From Actinomycetes bacterium (GTDB lineage: Bacteria; Actinomycetota; Actinomycetes; S36-B12; UBA5976), in the NCBI GenBank assembly GCA_021824095.1, contig JAKALQ010000003.1, positions 1 through 63,305 of the forward strand: a stretch of DNA of 63,305 nt, read 5' to 3'. Positions 18,531-29,674 of this stretch are shown here, piece by piece (within the stretch, counting starts at the first letter, position 1; each line of letters starts with the position of its first letter). The position numbers were made by a program, and so were the translations under genes. The notes under the pieces were generated by a model, which worked only from the letters and a program-made list of their open reading frames with translations, did not search any database and was not told the origin of the DNA.

Positions 18531-19807
18531 GCCTCAGCCCCGTCGTCGCCGGTGCGGGTGGCGAGCACGGAACCGACCTTCTTGCGGCGCCCGAGCCCCG
18601 GTTCGGCGACCAGGTGCCAGCCGTCGATCGTCATCTCGGATCCGGGGATGAGCACCCGGCCAATGCGCTTGCCGAAGAGGCCGGCGAGGGTGTCGACCCC
18701 CTCCTCCTCGGCGTCGATCTCGATGTCGAGGAGGTCCGCGAGGTCATCGAGGTGCAGCCGGGCGCTCACGCGGAAGGCCCCATTCGGCAGGGGCTCCACC
18801 TCCGGTGCCGCGGTGTCGTACTCGTCGGTGATCTCACCCACGATCTCCTCGAGGACGTCCTCGATGGTGACGAGGCCCGCAGTGCCGCCGTACTCGTCGA
18901 CGACGATGGCGATGTGGGTGCGCGCCGCCTGCATGTCGCGCAGCAGCTCGTCGGCGCGCTTGGAGTCGGGCACGAAGACGGCGGGCCGCATGATGCTCTC
19001 GACGCGCTCCTGCGACTCCGCATCACGATGCTCGTAGACGCGGCCCACGAGGTCCTTGAGGTAGACGATGCCGAGCACGTCGTCGGCGTCGTCGCCGATG
19101 ACCGGGATGCGCGAGTAGCCGCTGCGCAGCCCGAGCGAGAGCGCCTGGCGCAGCGTCTTCGATCGCTCGATCCACACCATCTCGGTGCGCGGCACCATCA
19201 CCTCGCGGGCGATCGTCTCGCCGAGTTCGAAGACGCTGTGGATCATGCGACGTTCATCGTCCTGGATGACCTGGGAGGCCTCGGCGACATCGACGAGCTC
19301 GCGCAGTTCGGCAGCGGTGGCGAAGGGGCCCTCGCGGAAGCCACGGCCGGGCGTCACGGCATTGCCGATCATGATGAGCAGGCGGGTGACGGGGCCGAGG
19401 AGGGTGGCGAGGGCGAGCGCCACCGGCGCCCCGACCCGCACATAGGCGTCGACGTGCTGGCGGCCGAGCGTGCGCGGCGCCACGCCGAGCACGAGGAAGG
19501 TGACGAGGAGCATGGTGCCCGCGGCGCCGAGCACTGCGCCCCAGTGCAGGATGCCGAGGCGGCTGGCGAACTCGTTGGCCACGAGCACGATGGCGAGGGC
19601 GGTGCAGGCCTGGCGCACGAAGAGCAGCACCGACACGTACAGGGCCCGGTCGTCGATGACGCGCTGCATGCGCTCGCGACGGCGCCCATGGAAGAGATCG
19701 TCGACGCGTGTGGCCGACACCCGCCCGATGGCCGTCTCGAAGGCCACGAGCACACCCCCGATGACGATGAGCAGTGCCGCGACGGCGATGACCGCCCAGC
19801 TACTCAT
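18527..19807 (-). CDS. DUF21/CBS/CorC_HlyC hemolysin-family protein
   Basis: An N-terminal DUF21 membrane domain from MSSWAVIAVAALL is followed by a CBS pair (REVMVPRTEMVWI...) and a C-terminal transporter-associated domain. Confidence 0.9.
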   Translation of the reverse strand: MSSWAVIAVAALLIVIGGVLVAFETAIGRVSATRVDDLFHGRRRERMQRVIDDRALYVSVLLFVRQACTALAIVLVANEFASRLGILHWGAVLGAAGTMLLVTFLVLGVAPRTLGRQHVDAYVRVGAPVALALATLLGPVTRLLIMIGNAVTPGRGFREGPFATAAELRELVDVAEASQVIQDDERRMIHSVFELGETIAREVMVPRTEMVWIERSKTLRQALSLGLRSGYSRIPVIGDDADDVLGIVYLKDLVGRVYEHRDAESQERVESIMRPAVFVPDSKRADELLRDMQAARTHIAIVVDEYGGTAGLVTIEDVLEEIVGEITDEYDTAAPEVEPLPNGAFRVSARLHLDDLADLLDIEIDAEEEGVDTLAGLFGKRIGRVLIPGSEMTIDGWHLVAEPGLGRRKKVGSVLATRTGDDGAEA

Positions 19808-20267
19808 CCAGTGCCCACCAGGCCTCGAGCAGCTTGCCCTGCAGCCCGAACATGGCCGCATGCTCCTCCGGCTCCGCGTGGTCATGACCGAGGCAGTGGA
19901 GGATGCCGTGCGTGAGCAGGAGCGCGAGTTCCTCGGCCAGCGTCTGGCCATGCTCGGCGGCCTGTCGCGCTGCGAAGGCCGGGCACAGCGCGATATCACC
20001 GAGGATGCCGGGGTGGCCGTCCTCGCCCTCAGCGGGGATGCGCAGCTCGTCCATCGGGAACGAGAGCACGTCCGTCGGCCCCTCCTCGTCCATCCACTCC
20101 ACGTGCAGCTGCGACATGCGCTCCTCGTCGACGAGGATGATGGACACCTCGGTCTCCGGGTGCAGGCGCAGGCGACGGAACATGAAGTCGGCCTGGCGGT
20201 ACAGCGCCTCGGTGTCGATGTCGAGTTCGGTCTCGTTCTCGATGTCGATGTACTCGGTGGGGATCAT
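19800..20267 (-). CDS. ybeY: rRNA maturation endoribonuclease YbeY
   Basis: It has the HGILHCLGHDH zinc motif and lies in the conserved phoH-ybeY-CBS-era context. Confidence 0.95.
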   Translation of the reverse strand: MIPTEYIDIENETELDIDTEALYRQADFMFRRLRLHPETEVSIILVDEERMSQLHVEWMDEEGPTDVLSFPMDELRIPAEGEDGHPGILGDIALCPAFAARQAAEHGQTLAEELALLLTHGILHCLGHDHAEPEEHAAMFGLQGKLLEAWWALDE

Positions 20268-21295
20268 CGTCGCTCCCTTGGTCGTGACCCCCGTGGTGGT
20301 GGCTCATGCGCCTGCTGCTGGGCGTCCCAACGGCCGTATGCGTCGACGATGCGACCCACGAGCCGGTGGCGCACGACGTCCTGGGAGTACAGGCGGCAGA
20401 AGGCGATGTCGTCGACGCCGGTGAGGATCTCCTGCACGATGGCGAGGCCGCTGCGCACGCCGCCCGGCAGGTCCACCTGCGTGACGTCGCCGGTGACGAC
20501 CATGGTGGAGTTGAAGCCGAGGCGGGTGAGGAACATCTTCATCTGCTCGGGCGTGGTGTTCTGCGCCTCATCGAGGATGATGAAGGCATCGTTCAGCGTG
20601 CGTCCGCGCATGTACGCGAGTGGCGCCACCTCGATGACACCGCTCGTCATGAGCCGCGGGATCTTGTCGGGCTCGATCATGTCGTGCAGGGCGTCGTAGA
20701 GCGGCCGCAGGTAGGGGTCGATCTTCTCCGACAGCGTGCCGGGCAGGAACCCGAGCCGCTCCCCCGCTTCGACGGCGGGGCGCGTGAGGATGATGCGGTT
20801 GATCTGCTTCGACTGCAGGGCCTGCACCGCCTTCGCCACCGCGAGGTAGGTCTTGCCGGTGCCCGCCGGGCCGATGCCGAACACGATGGTGTGCTCGTCG
20901 ATGGCATCGACGTAGCGCTTCTGGTTCAACGTCTTGGGCCGGATGGTGCGGCCACGGTTCGAAAGGATGTTGGCGGTGAGCACCTCGGCGGGGCTCACGG
21001 CCTCCGTGCCGTGCAGCATGTGGAAGGCGCGCTCGACGGCATCGACGGTGAGGCCCTGCCCGGTGCGCAGCACGATGAGCAGTTCGGCGACGAGCTGGTC
21101 GACGAGCCCCACATCGGACGCCGGTCCGTGCAGGGTGATCTCGTTGCCGCGCACATGGATGTCGACAGCCGGCACGAGCGACTCGACCGTGCGCATGATG
21201 CCGTCGGCAGGCCCGAGGAGCATGGCCATCGGGATCGATGACGGGATGGTGATGGTGGCGGTGGAGACGGGTGCCACCGCTGGTGCGTCGGACAT
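20264..21295 (-). CDS. phoH: PhoH-family ATPase
   Basis: It has Walker [30 protein letters not shown] and FIILDEAQN. Confidence 0.95.
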   Translation of the reverse strand: MSDAPAVAPVSTATITIPSSIPMAMLLGPADGIMRTVESLVPAVDIHVRGNEITLHGPASDVGLVDQLVAELLIVLRTGQGLTVDAVERAFHMLHGTEAVSPAEVLTANILSNRGRTIRPKTLNQKRYVDAIDEHTIVFGIGPAGTGKTYLAVAKAVQALQSKQINRIILTRPAVEAGERLGFLPGTLSEKIDPYLRPLYDALHDMIEPDKIPRLMTSGVIEVAPLAYMRGRTLNDAFIILDEAQNTTPEQMKMFLTRLGFNSTMVVTGDVTQVDLPGGVRSGLAIVQEILTGVDDIAFCRLYSQDVVRHRLVGRIVDAYGRWDAQQQAHEPPPRGSRPRERR

Positions 21296-21303
21296 GCCTG
21301 CTC

Positions 21304-21636
21304 CTAACCCGGCGGCCAGCCGAAGCCACGTCCTGCGAGCACGTGGGCGTGCACGTGGTCGACGGTCTGCCCGCCATCGGGGCCCGTGTTGAGGACGATG
21401 CGGAAGCCGCCATGGTGCTCGGCCCCGAGTTGCGCGGCCACGGTGAGCAGGGCGCCCGCGAGGGCCGGATCGGCGGCGGCAAGCTCGGCGGCGTTGGCGT
21501 GGTGCGCCCGTGGGATGACGACGAGGTGCACCGGGGCCTTGGGATCGATGTCGTGGAAGGCCACGACATCGTCGGACTCGTAGGCCAGCGTCGCCGGGAT
21601 GTCACCAGCGGCGATGGCGCAGAAGATGCACGTCAC
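21304..21636 (-). CDS. HIT-family nucleotide hydrolase/transferase
   Basis: It has the histidine triad HVHAHVL and an N-terminal CIFCAI motif. Confidence 0.9.
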   Translation of the reverse strand: MTCIFCAIAAGDIPATLAYESDDVVAFHDIDPKAPVHLVVIPRAHHANAAELAAADPALAGALLTVAAQLGAEHHGGFRIVLNTGPDGGQTVDHVHAHVLAGRGFGWPPG

Positions 21637-21684
21637 GTGTCGATGCTATCCGAGGAGGCCTTCGCTGCGGGGGTGTGCGGGCGA

Positions 21685-22434
21685 TCAGGCCCAGCGGGTG
21701 GTGCGGGAGAGCACGATGCCGGCGGCAACGGCGCCTGCGGTGGAGGTGCGCAGCACGGAGGGCCCGAGGCGCACCGCGTCGGCCCCGGCGGCGGCGAAGG
21801 CCTCCAGCTCCTGGGGGGACACGCCGCCTTCCGGACCCACGACGAGCACGATGTCGCCGCTCGGTGGCACGGCCACACTCGAGAGGCGCGCCTCGCCGTC
21901 CTCGTGCAGCACCCAGGCCGGCGAGGTGTTGCGGATGAGCCGCACAACATCATCCGTGGACGCGAGGGCGCTCAACTGCGGGGTGCGCGGACGCCGTGAC
22001 TGCTTCGCCGACTCGCGCGCAGTGGCCTTCCAGCGCTCGACGCCCCGTTCGACCTTGTCGCCACGCCACTGCACGACGCAGCGGGACGCCGCCCACGGCA
22101 CGATGACATCAACCCCGACCTCGGTGAGCATCTCGACGGCGAGCTCACCGCGATCGCCCTTCGGCAGCGCCTGCACCACGATGAGGCGCGGCGCGGGTTG
22201 CGGCGCCTCGGTGATGGCCACCACCTGGATGACGAGGGCATCCTTCGCGGTGGCCTCGACGACCGTGCCGTGCACGAGCCGTCCCATGCCGTCGGCGAGC
22301 ATCACGGCCTCGCCCGGCTCGAGGCGCTGCACGGTGGCAGCGTGGAAGCCCTCGTCGCCGGTGAGCGTGAACCACTCCCCGGCGGACAGCCGTGCGATCG
22401 TCGAGGGCTCGACGTGGAACATCGAGGCGCTCAT
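21685..22434 (-). CDS. rsmE: 16S rRNA (uracil1498-N3)-methyltransferase
   Basis: It shows [13 protein letters not shown] and [11 protein letters not shown] at the C-terminus, and sits in the conserved position after dnaJ. Confidence 0.9.
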   Translation of the reverse strand: MSASMFHVEPSTIARLSAGEWFTLTGDEGFHAATVQRLEPGEAVMLADGMGRLVHGTVVEATAKDALVIQVVAITEAPQPAPRLIVVQALPKGDRGELAVEMLTEVGVDVIVPWAASRCVVQWRGDKVERGVERWKATARESAKQSRRPRTPQLSALASTDDVVRLIRNTSPAWVLHEDGEARLSSVAVPPSGDIVLVVGPEGGVSPQELEAFAAAGADAVRLGPSVLRTSTAGAVAAGIVLSRTTRWA

Positions 22435-23561
22435 CGACCACCACCGAAGGCTTCGCGCAATCGACCCAGCAGGCCGCCGCCACTGCCGGTGAGCGTGGGC
22501 TGTGGGGCCACCTCGTCACGCAGCTCGGCCAGCCGCTGCAGGAGGGCGGTCTGCTCATCGTCGAGTCGCGTGGGGGTGACGACGTCGATGTGGATGTGCA
22601 GGTCGCCGGCGCCATGCCCACGCAGGTGGGGCACACCCTCACCGCGGCGGCTGATCACCGTGCCGCCCTGCGTGCCGGGTGCGATGTCGATGCTGATCTC
22701 GTCGTGGAGCGTGTGGAACGGCACCTTCGCACCGAGTGCAGCAGCCGTCATCGGCAGCGACATGGTGCAGTGCAGGTCGTCTCCGTGGCGCTCGAACACC
22801 TCGTGCGGTCGCTCGAGGATCTCGACGAACAGGTCACCGGCAGGTCCGCCGCCCGGGCCCACCTCGCCCTGCCCGCTCAACTGGATGCGGGTGCCGTGCT
22901 CGACGCCGGCGGGGATCTTGACCGCGATCGTGCGGCGCGTGCGCACCCGCCCATCGCCCGCGCACTCCGGGCACGGATGCGGGATGGTGTTGCCGTAGCC
23001 GCTGCACTGCGGGCAGGGACGCGAGGTCATGACCTGCCCGAGGAAGGAGCGCTGCACCGACTGCACCTCGCCACGGCCGCGGCACATGCTGCAGGTCTGG
23101 ATGTCGGTGCCCTGCGCCGTGCCCCGGCCCGCGCACACCCCGCAGGCCACCGCGGTGTCGACGGTGAGGTCGCGCACGGCACCGTCCACCGCGTCGATGA
23201 GGTCGATCTCCAGGCGGATGAGCGCGTCCTGGCCACGCCGCATGCGCGGTCGGGGACCGCGCTGCTGCTGCCCGAAGAAGGCGCCCATGAAGTCACCCAT
23301 GAAGTCACCGAAGCCGCCACCGCCGAAGCCGCCGAACCCGCCACCGGGCTGGTTGGGGTCGCCGCCGAGGTCGTACATCTGGCGCTTCTCGGCGTCCGAT
23401 AGCACCTCGTAGGCGGCCGTGACCTCCTTGAACCGCTCCTGCGTGGCGGGATCGGGGTTCACGTCCGGGTGCAGCTCGCGGGCCAGCCGACGGTAGGCCT
23501 TCTTGATCTCATCCGGCGAGGCGTCGCGGGCGACGCCGAGCAGCTCGTAGTAGTCCGACAT
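22431..23561 (-). CDS. dnaJ: Molecular chaperone DnaJ
   Basis: It has the J-domain [11 protein letters not shown], a G/F region and four CxxCxGxG zinc motifs. Confidence 0.95.
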   Translation of the reverse strand: MSDYYELLGVARDASPDEIKKAYRRLARELHPDVNPDPATQERFKEVTAAYEVLSDAEKRQMYDLGGDPNQPGGGFGGFGGGGFGDFMGDFMGAFFGQQQRGPRPRMRRGQDALIRLEIDLIDAVDGAVRDLTVDTAVACGVCAGRGTAQGTDIQTCSMCRGRGEVQSVQRSFLGQVMTSRPCPQCSGYGNTIPHPCPECAGDGRVRTRRTIAVKIPAGVEHGTRIQLSGQGEVGPGGGPAGDLFVEILERPHEVFERHGDDLHCTMSLPMTAAALGAKVPFHTLHDEISIDIAPGTQGGTVISRRGEGVPHLRGHGAGDLHIHIDVVTPTRLDDEQTALLQRLAELRDEVAPQPTLTGSGGGLLGRLREAFGGGR

Positions 23562-23562
23562 C

Positions 23563-24576
23563 TCAGCCTTCCGTGAGCAGGCGGCCGACGTAGCGAGCGA
23601 CGGCCTGCACCGCGCTCATCGTGGCCGAATAGTCCATGTGCGTCGGTCCCACAACACCCATCTGTGCCACCGGCATTCCCCCGGCACCGTACCCGGAGGC
23701 CACGACCGACGATGTGGGCAGCGCGGTGTTCTCGGCGCCGATGCGCACGAGCAGGTCGTTGGTCGAGGACGCCTCGCCGAGCAGTCGCAGCAGCACGACA
23801 TGCTCCTCGAGGGCATTGAGCAGCGGGGCGACCGAGGTCTCGAACTGCGAGCCGTAGCGGGCGAGGTTGGCGGCACCGGCCACGACGACACGGTCGTCCG
23901 TGCGCTCGACGACCGACTCGAGGATGCAGGCGATGATGGCCGCGACCGCGGGGCGACTCGCGTACGCAGACTCCTCCACGATGGGCGCGACGGCCTGGGC
24001 CACGTCGACGAAGGACCGGCCGGCCACTGCGGTGTTGAGGCGCGCGCGCAAGGTCTCGATGACGCTGGGCTCGAGGTCGAGTGGCACCTCGGCCATGCGC
24101 TGCTCGACACGACCGGTGTCGGCGATGACGACGACCATGACACGGCGGCCCGGCACGGGCACCAGTTCGATGTGCCGCACGAGCGAGCGCTGCAGGCTCG
24201 GGTACTGCACGATGGCCACCTGACGCGTGAGCTGCGCGAGCAGACGGGTGGTGCGCAGCATCACGTCGTCGAGGTCGACGGCCTGCTCGAGGAAGTGCGC
24301 GATGGCGCGCTGCTCGGCGGACGACAGGGGCTTGAGCTCGTTGATGCGGTCGACGAAGAGCCGGTACCCGAGGTCGGTGGGGATGCGGCCGGCGCTCGTG
24401 TGCGGCTGGGCGATGTAGCCCTCGTCCTCGAGGGCGGCCATCTCATTGCGGATGGTGGCTGCCGACACCCCCAGCCGGTGGCGTTCGACGATGGCGCGCG
24501 AGCCAACCGGCTCGTGGGTGCTGATGTAGTCCTCCACGATGGCGCGGAGCACTGCGAGCTTGCGTTCGTCGAGCAC
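23563..24576 (-). CDS. hrcA: Heat-inducible transcription repressor HrcA
   Basis: It starts [27 protein letters not shown] from the GTG at 24576, preceded by AGGAGG. A CIRCE element lies upstream. Confidence 0.95.
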   Translation of the reverse strand: MLDERKLAVLRAIVEDYISTHEPVGSRAIVERHRLGVSAATIRNEMAALEDEGYIAQPHTSAGRIPTDLGYRLFVDRINELKPLSSAEQRAIAHFLEQAVDLDDVMLRTTRLLAQLTRQVAIVQYPSLQRSLVRHIELVPVPGRRVMVVVIADTGRVEQRMAEVPLDLEPSVIETLRARLNTAVAGRSFVDVAQAVAPIVEESAYASRPAVAAIIACILESVVERTDDRVVVAGAANLARYGSQFETSVAPLLNALEEHVVLLRLLGEASSTNDLLVRIGAENTALPTSSVVASGYGAGGMPVAQMGVVGPTHMDYSATMSAVQAVARYVGRLLTEG

Positions 24577-24609
24577 GGCACCTCCTGCGGGGACGGGCGA
24601 CCGGCGGCG

Positions 24610-24636
24610 CTGGCACTCGCCGGTGCTGAGTGCCAA
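24610..24636 (-). promoter_or_regulatory. CIRCE operator (HrcA binding site)
   Basis: CTGGCACTC-GCCGGTGCT-GAGTGCCAA matches TTAGCACTC-N9-GAGTGCTAA. It lies 34-60 nt upstream of hrcA. Confidence 0.85.
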
Positions 24637-24729
24637 TGGTAACCGGCGCCGCACCGCCACTGTGGATGCGCAGTCGTCCACAGGCTCCGGAGGCGACGAT
24701 GCGCGCCATCACCTCGGGAAAGGCAGCCC

Positions 24730-25140
24730 ATGACCACCGTCGAGTCCCCGCCCGCGAGCACCACCACCGGCGACAACCGCGTCGGCGCGATGCTCCTGCA
24801 CCTCGCCACCGTGCCCCTCGGCGTGGTGGTGGCGTTCCCCGCCTTCCTGCTCACCCGCAATCGCTCGCGCTGGATGCACCAGCAGGCGAGGGCGGCGTTG
24901 AACTGGCAACTCGCGATCATCCTGCTGAAGGCCGGCAACATCGCGCTCTCCATGGTCTTCGCACCGATGATGAACAACCCCAACATCTGGCACGCACCCG
25001 CGATCCCCGAGCCCATCGTGAAGGTGATCGACATCGGCCTCATCATCTACGCCGCATGGCGTGCCTATCGCGGGCATTGGGAGCCCTACCCGAAGATCTT
25101 CCGCCTCGTGAAGAGCCTGCCGCGCCCCACAACCGCCTAG
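24730..25140 (+). CDS. DUF4870-like small membrane protein
   Basis: It has TM helices and a HQQARAALNWQL motif typical of this family. Its stop overlaps the hemW stop in a shared CTAG. Confidence 0.55.
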   Translation: MTTVESPPASTTTGDNRVGAMLLHLATVPLGVVVAFPAFLLTRNRSRWMHQQARAALNWQLAIILLKAGNIALSMVFAPMMNNPNIWHAPAIPEPIVKVIDIGLIIYAAWRAYRGHWEPYPKIFRLVKSLPRPTTA

Positions 25141-26354
25141 GGCAGCAGCGCCCGCACCACGACGTCCGCGAGCAGGCGACCACGCAACGTGAGGATGACT
25201 CGATCGCCCTTTGCCCGCGGATCCTCGATCAGCCCGTGCTCCACCAGCCGCCCCAGCTGGTCGAGCGCGGGCTGCTCGAGCTCCCACACCGACAGGCCGG
25301 CACGGATGCGGGTCTCGAGCATGATGCGCTCCACCACCCGGTCGGCCGCAGACACCACCTCCCGCGCCTGCGCCGGCGAGTGCCCGGCAGCGAGCGCGCG
25401 CGTCCACGTCGCGGGATGGCGCTCGTTCCACCAGCGCGTGCCGCCGACGTGCGAGTGCGCGCCCGGCCCCACACCCCACCAATGGTGGCCGAGCCAGTAC
25501 GCGAGGTTGTGTCGAGCCTCCCGGCCCGGCAGGGCCCAGTTCGACACCTCGTACCAGGTCATCCCGGCAGCCGTGAGCCGCGCATCGATGCGTTCGTAGC
25601 GGTCGGCCTGCACATCGTCGTCCGGGGCCGGGATCTCGCCGCGGGCGATGCGCCGCGCCAGGCGCGTGCCCTCCTCGACGATGAGCGCGTACGCACTCAC
25701 ATGCTGCACGCCGAGCCCGAGCACGTCGTCGAGTGTGCGCTCAAGGTCATCGTCGCTCTCCCCCGGCGTGCCGAAGATGAGATCGACGTTCACATTGTCG
25801 AAGCCCGCGGCCTGTGCCTCACGGACGGCCTCGAGTGAGCGACCGGGTCGGTGCGTGCGATCGAGCACCTGCAGGACACGCTCGGCCGTGCTCTGCAGCC
25901 CGAACGAGACGCGGGTGAAGCCACCGGCCCGCAGTTCGGCCAGCGATGCGGGGGTCACCGCATCGGGGTTGGCCTCCGTGGTCACCTCGGCGTCGGGCAG
26001 GAGGCCGAACAGCGACTGCGCGGCGTCGAGCACGCGCACGAGGTCCGCTGACGGCAGCAGCGTGGGCGTGCCGCCGCCGACGAACACGGTGGAGAACGGC
26101 GGTGCATCCGCACCGAGCACCCGGCGTGCCAGCTGCAGTTCCGCGATGGCGGAGTCGGCCCAGGTGGCCCGCGACACACTGTCGCCGAGCTCGGTGGCGG
26201 TGTACGTGTTGAAGTCGCAGTAGCCGCAGCGGGTCGAGCAGTAGGGCACGTGCAGGTAGAGCGACAGCGGTGTGCTGGCGACGTTCGCGAGCGCCGCGGG
26301 CGGCAGTGCGCCGGACGCGGGCACGGGATCCCCGAGCGGGGCCGGGCCGGCCAT
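25137..26354 (-). CDS. hemW: Radical SAM heme chaperone HemW (coproporphyrinogen III oxidase-like)
   Basis: It shows LYLHVPYCSTRCGYCDFNT (CxxxCxxC), VFVGGGTP and a HemN_C-like tail. Confidence 0.9.
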   Translation of the reverse strand: MAGPAPLGDPVPASGALPPAALANVASTPLSLYLHVPYCSTRCGYCDFNTYTATELGDSVSRATWADSAIAELQLARRVLGADAPPFSTVFVGGGTPTLLPSADLVRVLDAAQSLFGLLPDAEVTTEANPDAVTPASLAELRAGGFTRVSFGLQSTAERVLQVLDRTHRPGRSLEAVREAQAAGFDNVNVDLIFGTPGESDDDLERTLDDVLGLGVQHVSAYALIVEEGTRLARRIARGEIPAPDDDVQADRYERIDARLTAAGMTWYEVSNWALPGREARHNLAYWLGHHWWGVGPGAHSHVGGTRWWNERHPATWTRALAAGHSPAQAREVVSAADRVVERIMLETRIRAGLSVWELEQPALDQLGRLVEHGLIEDPRAKGDRVILTLRGRLLADVVVRALLP

Positions 26355-27655
26355 CACGCCACCGCCTGACGTCGCGGGTCGCGCAGGGCCCGCTCGACGA
26401 GCCACGGACTGAGCATCCCGGCGAGCGCGAACTGAGCGCCGAGGATCACCCAGCCGGTGGTCCCGAGGGAGAAGGCGAGCCAGGTGAGCCAGGTGGGGGC
26501 GACGATCGCTGCCACCGTGTAGCCAAGGCTCCACACCGCCTGGTACTGACCCTGAAGGTGCTCGGGGGGCAGGTTGAAGCCGATGCCGAAGGAGCCCGAC
26601 GACTGCCGCAGTTCGCCAGCGACATGGACCGCTGCGGCGAGGAGCATGACGGCACCAGCGATCCACGGCGACCCGAACCACGCCGCCGACGCGTACACGA
26701 CGGTGCCGATCGCGAGCCACATCCCGCCCGAGCGCTGCAGGCGCGCGGCGATGCGCAGGTCGTCCGCGCCCTGGCTCATGCGCACCTGGAACAGCACGCA
26801 GGCGATGGTGTTCACGAGGTAGGTGCCGGCGGCGATCCAACGGGGCGCCGTGGTGTGGTGGGCGATCCACAGGGGCACGATGAGCTCGAGCAGCATGAAG
26901 TGCATCGACATGAGCATGTTCACGACGGTGAGCACCACGTAGGTGTGATCGCGCAGGGCCTCCGTGCGGCGCGGGCGCACCGCGGAGCGCAGCACCGGCA
27001 GGTCCGGCAGCCGGCGCAGGAGCACCGCGGACAGCAGCGTGGACGCCGCGTTCACGGTGATGAGTGCGCGATAGAACACGGCATTGTCGACCGCCAGGGC
27101 GAGGCCGCCGCCGAGCGTGCCGATGGCGATGCCGAGGTTGGTGACGGACCGCAGGTAGGCGCGGATGCGGACCTTGTTGCTGCTCCCGCCGATGCGCGCG
27201 ATGAGGGTGTTGCGTGCCGCCCGACCGCCCTGGTCCGAGACGGCGAGCACCATGGCGACGACGAAGAACCAGGCGTAGGTGGTGGCCAGGGCGTAGAGGA
27301 ACATGCCGGCGGCGGACACGAGGGCCAGGCGCACGTTCAGCGCCTTGGGGCTCACGCGGTCGGCGAGCTGCCCCATCGGCAGGGTCGTCACGAGCCCGAC
27401 GAATGCGGCCACCGAGAAGGCGAATCCGAGGCGCAGCGGCGGGATGCCGACGATGCGAGTGAAGAAGAGCGCCGAGGTGACGCTGAAGAGGCCGTTGCCC
27501 ACCGTGTTCACGAAGGTGGCGGTTGCCATGACCGCCTCGACCTCGTCCTGCGGGAGCAGGTCGCGGACAGCGGAGGGAGGGCGCACCCCGAGAGCGTACC
27601 CACGGGCCGGTACAGGGTCGGCCTGCGAGCACCGCCAGCCCGGCGGCACGGGCAA
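26354..27655 (-). CDS. MFS transporter
   Basis: It has a 12-TM-like profile and the motif-A-like PMGQLADRVSPK. The start is uncertain (ATG 27655 lies 6 nt after the lepA stop). Confidence 0.75.
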   Translation of the reverse strand: MPVPPGWRCSQADPVPARGYALGVRPPSAVRDLLPQDEVEAVMATATFVNTVGNGLFSVTSALFFTRIVGIPPLRLGFAFSVAAFVGLVTTLPMGQLADRVSPKALNVRLALVSAAGMFLYALATTYAWFFVVAMVLAVSDQGGRAARNTLIARIGGSSNKVRIRAYLRSVTNLGIAIGTLGGGLALAVDNAVFYRALITVNAASTLLSAVLLRRLPDLPVLRSAVRPRRTEALRDHTYVVLTVVNMLMSMHFMLLELIVPLWIAHHTTAPRWIAAGTYLVNTIACVLFQVRMSQGADDLRIAARLQRSGGMWLAIGTVVYASAAWFGSPWIAGAVMLLAAAVHVAGELRQSSGSFGIGFNLPPEHLQGQYQAVWSLGYTVAAIVAPTWLTWLAFSLGTTGWVILGAQFALAGMLSPWLVERALRDPRRQAVA

Positions 27656-27660
27656 CGGTC

Positions 27661-29526
27661 CTACTGCTCCTTGAGCTTCTTCGCCACGGACTTTGCGGCC
27701 TCGGCATCACCAGCGGTGAGCGCGGCGATGAAGGCCTCCTGCGGCACCTCGACCTTGCCCACCATCTTCATGCGCTTCTTGCCCTCCTTCTGCTTCTCGA
27801 GGAGCTTGCGCTTGCGGGTGATGTCACCGCCGTAGCACTTGGCCAGCACGTCCTTGCGGATGGCGCGGATGTTCTCGCGCGCGATGATGCGGGCACCGAT
27901 GGCCGCCTGGATCGGCACCTCGAACTGTTGGCGTGGGATGAGCTCCTTGAGCTTCGCCGCCATGGAGATGCCGTAGCCGTACGCCTTGTCCTTGTGCACG
28001 ATCGCGGAGAAGGCATCGACCGGATCACCATGCAGCAGGATGTCGACCTTCACGAGGTCGGCCGACTGCTCGCCCGTGGGCTCGTAGTCGAGCGACGCGT
28101 AACCGCGGGTGCGCGACTTCAACTGATCGAAGAAGTCGAAGACGATCTCGGCCAGCGGCATGGTGTAGCGCAGCTCGACGCGATCCTCGGACAGGTAGTC
28201 CATGCCGTTGAGCTGCCCGCGCTTGCCCTGGCACAGCTCCATGACGGTGCCCGTGAACTCCGTGGGTGTGAGCACTGTCGCGCGCACCACAGGTTCATGC
28301 ACCTCGCGGATCTTGCCCGTCGGGAACTCCGACGGGTTGGTGACGACATGCTCGCTGCCGTCCTCCATGATGACGCGGTAGATCACGTTCGGGGCGGTGG
28401 CGATGAGGTCGAGGTTGAACTCGCGCTCGAGGCGCTCGCGCACGATCTCGAGGTGCAGCAGGCCGAGGAAGCCGATGCGGAAGCCGAAGCCGAGGGCGGC
28501 CGACGTCTCCGGCTCGTACACGAGCGCGGCATCGTTGAGCTTCAGCTTGTCGAGGGCGTCACGCAGCTCGGGGTAGTCGGAGCCGTCGATCGGGTACAGC
28601 CCGGAGAACACCATGGGCTTGGGATCCCGGTACCCACCGAGCGCGACGGCCGCGCCCTTCGCTGCGGACGTCACGGTGTCGCCGACACGGGACTGGCGCA
28701 CGTCCTTCACGCCCGTGATGAGGTAGCCCACCTCGCCGACGCCGATGCCGTCGGGCGACACGATGGGCTCGGGCGAGATGACCCCCACCTCGAGCAGGTC
28801 GTGTTGCGCCCCCGTGGACATCATGGCAATGCGCTCACGCGTGTGGATCTGCCCATCGATGACGCGCACGTACGTGACGACGCCACGGTAGGTGTCGTAG
28901 ACCGAGTCGAAGATGAGCGCGCGTGCCGGCGCACCGGGATCGCCGACCGGATGCGGCACCTGGCGCACGACCTCGTTCAGCAGCGCCTCGACACCCTCGC
29001 CCGTCTTCGCCGAGACCCGCAGCACGTCGTCCGGCGAGCAACCGATGATCTTCGCGAGTTCGGCCGCGTACTTCTCGGGCTGCGCGGCCGGCAGGTCGAT
29101 CTTGTTCAGCACCGGGATGATGTGCAGGTCGTTCTCGAGTGCGAGGTACAGGTTCGCGAGCGTCTGCGCCTCGATGCCCTGCGCGGCGTCGACAAGCAGG
29201 ACAGCGCCCTCGCAGGCGGCGAGGGAACGCGACACCTCGTAGGTGAAGTCGACGTGGCCTGGGGTGTCGATGAGGTTCAGCACGTAGTCGTCGCCATCGG
29301 CCGCGCGGAAGGGCAGGCGCACCGCCTGGCTCTTGATCGTGATGCCGCGCTCCCGCTCGATGTCCATGCGGTCGAGGTACTGCGCGCGCATCTGGCGTGG
29401 GTCGACAACGCCCGTGATCTGCAGCATGCGGTCGGCCAACGTGCTCTTGCCGTGGTCGATGTGCGCGATGATGCAGAAGTTGCGGATGCGCTCGGGGGCA
29501 GTGTTCCCCGGGGTCGGCTTTGCCAC
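27661..29526 (-). CDS. lepA: Translation elongation factor 4
   Basis: It shows [28 protein letters not shown] and a LepA C-terminal domain. The start is GTG 29526 with GAGGAA upstream. Confidence 0.95.
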   Translation of the reverse strand: MAKPTPGNTAPERIRNFCIIAHIDHGKSTLADRMLQITGVVDPRQMRAQYLDRMDIERERGITIKSQAVRLPFRAADGDDYVLNLIDTPGHVDFTYEVSRSLAACEGAVLLVDAAQGIEAQTLANLYLALENDLHIIPVLNKIDLPAAQPEKYAAELAKIIGCSPDDVLRVSAKTGEGVEALLNEVVRQVPHPVGDPGAPARALIFDSVYDTYRGVVTYVRVIDGQIHTRERIAMMSTGAQHDLLEVGVISPEPIVSPDGIGVGEVGYLITGVKDVRQSRVGDTVTSAAKGAAVALGGYRDPKPMVFSGLYPIDGSDYPELRDALDKLKLNDAALVYEPETSAALGFGFRIGFLGLLHLEIVRERLEREFNLDLIATAPNVIYRVIMEDGSEHVVTNPSEFPTGKIREVHEPVVRATVLTPTEFTGTVMELCQGKRGQLNGMDYLSEDRVELRYTMPLAEIVFDFFDQLKSRTRGYASLDYEPTGEQSADLVKVDILLHGDPVDAFSAIVHKDKAYGYGISMAAKLKELIPRQQFEVPIQAAIGARIIARENIRAIRKDVLAKCYGGDITRKRKLLEKQKEGKKRMKMVGKVEVPQEAFIAALTAGDAEAAKSVAKKLKEQ

Positions 29527-29674
29527 CTGGTTCCTCGTCGGTCGTCGGCCCTCCGGGCCGGCTGGGCAGTGGCGCAATCGTCCCACAGCCGAGGGGCGCG
29601 CCTCGACGGGTAACGGCTCTACACTCCGCGAAGGGTTGGGACCTGCGTGGCATCGTGCTGCGCATTGGGGAGCG

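Noticed and set aside
25137-25140. Convergent genes (DUF4870-like and hemW) sharing the palindromic CTAG as stop codons on both strands, considered as another TIR-element footprint.
   Set aside because: No element arms (GGACTCAGAA) are adjacent. CTAG simply encodes TAG on both strands.
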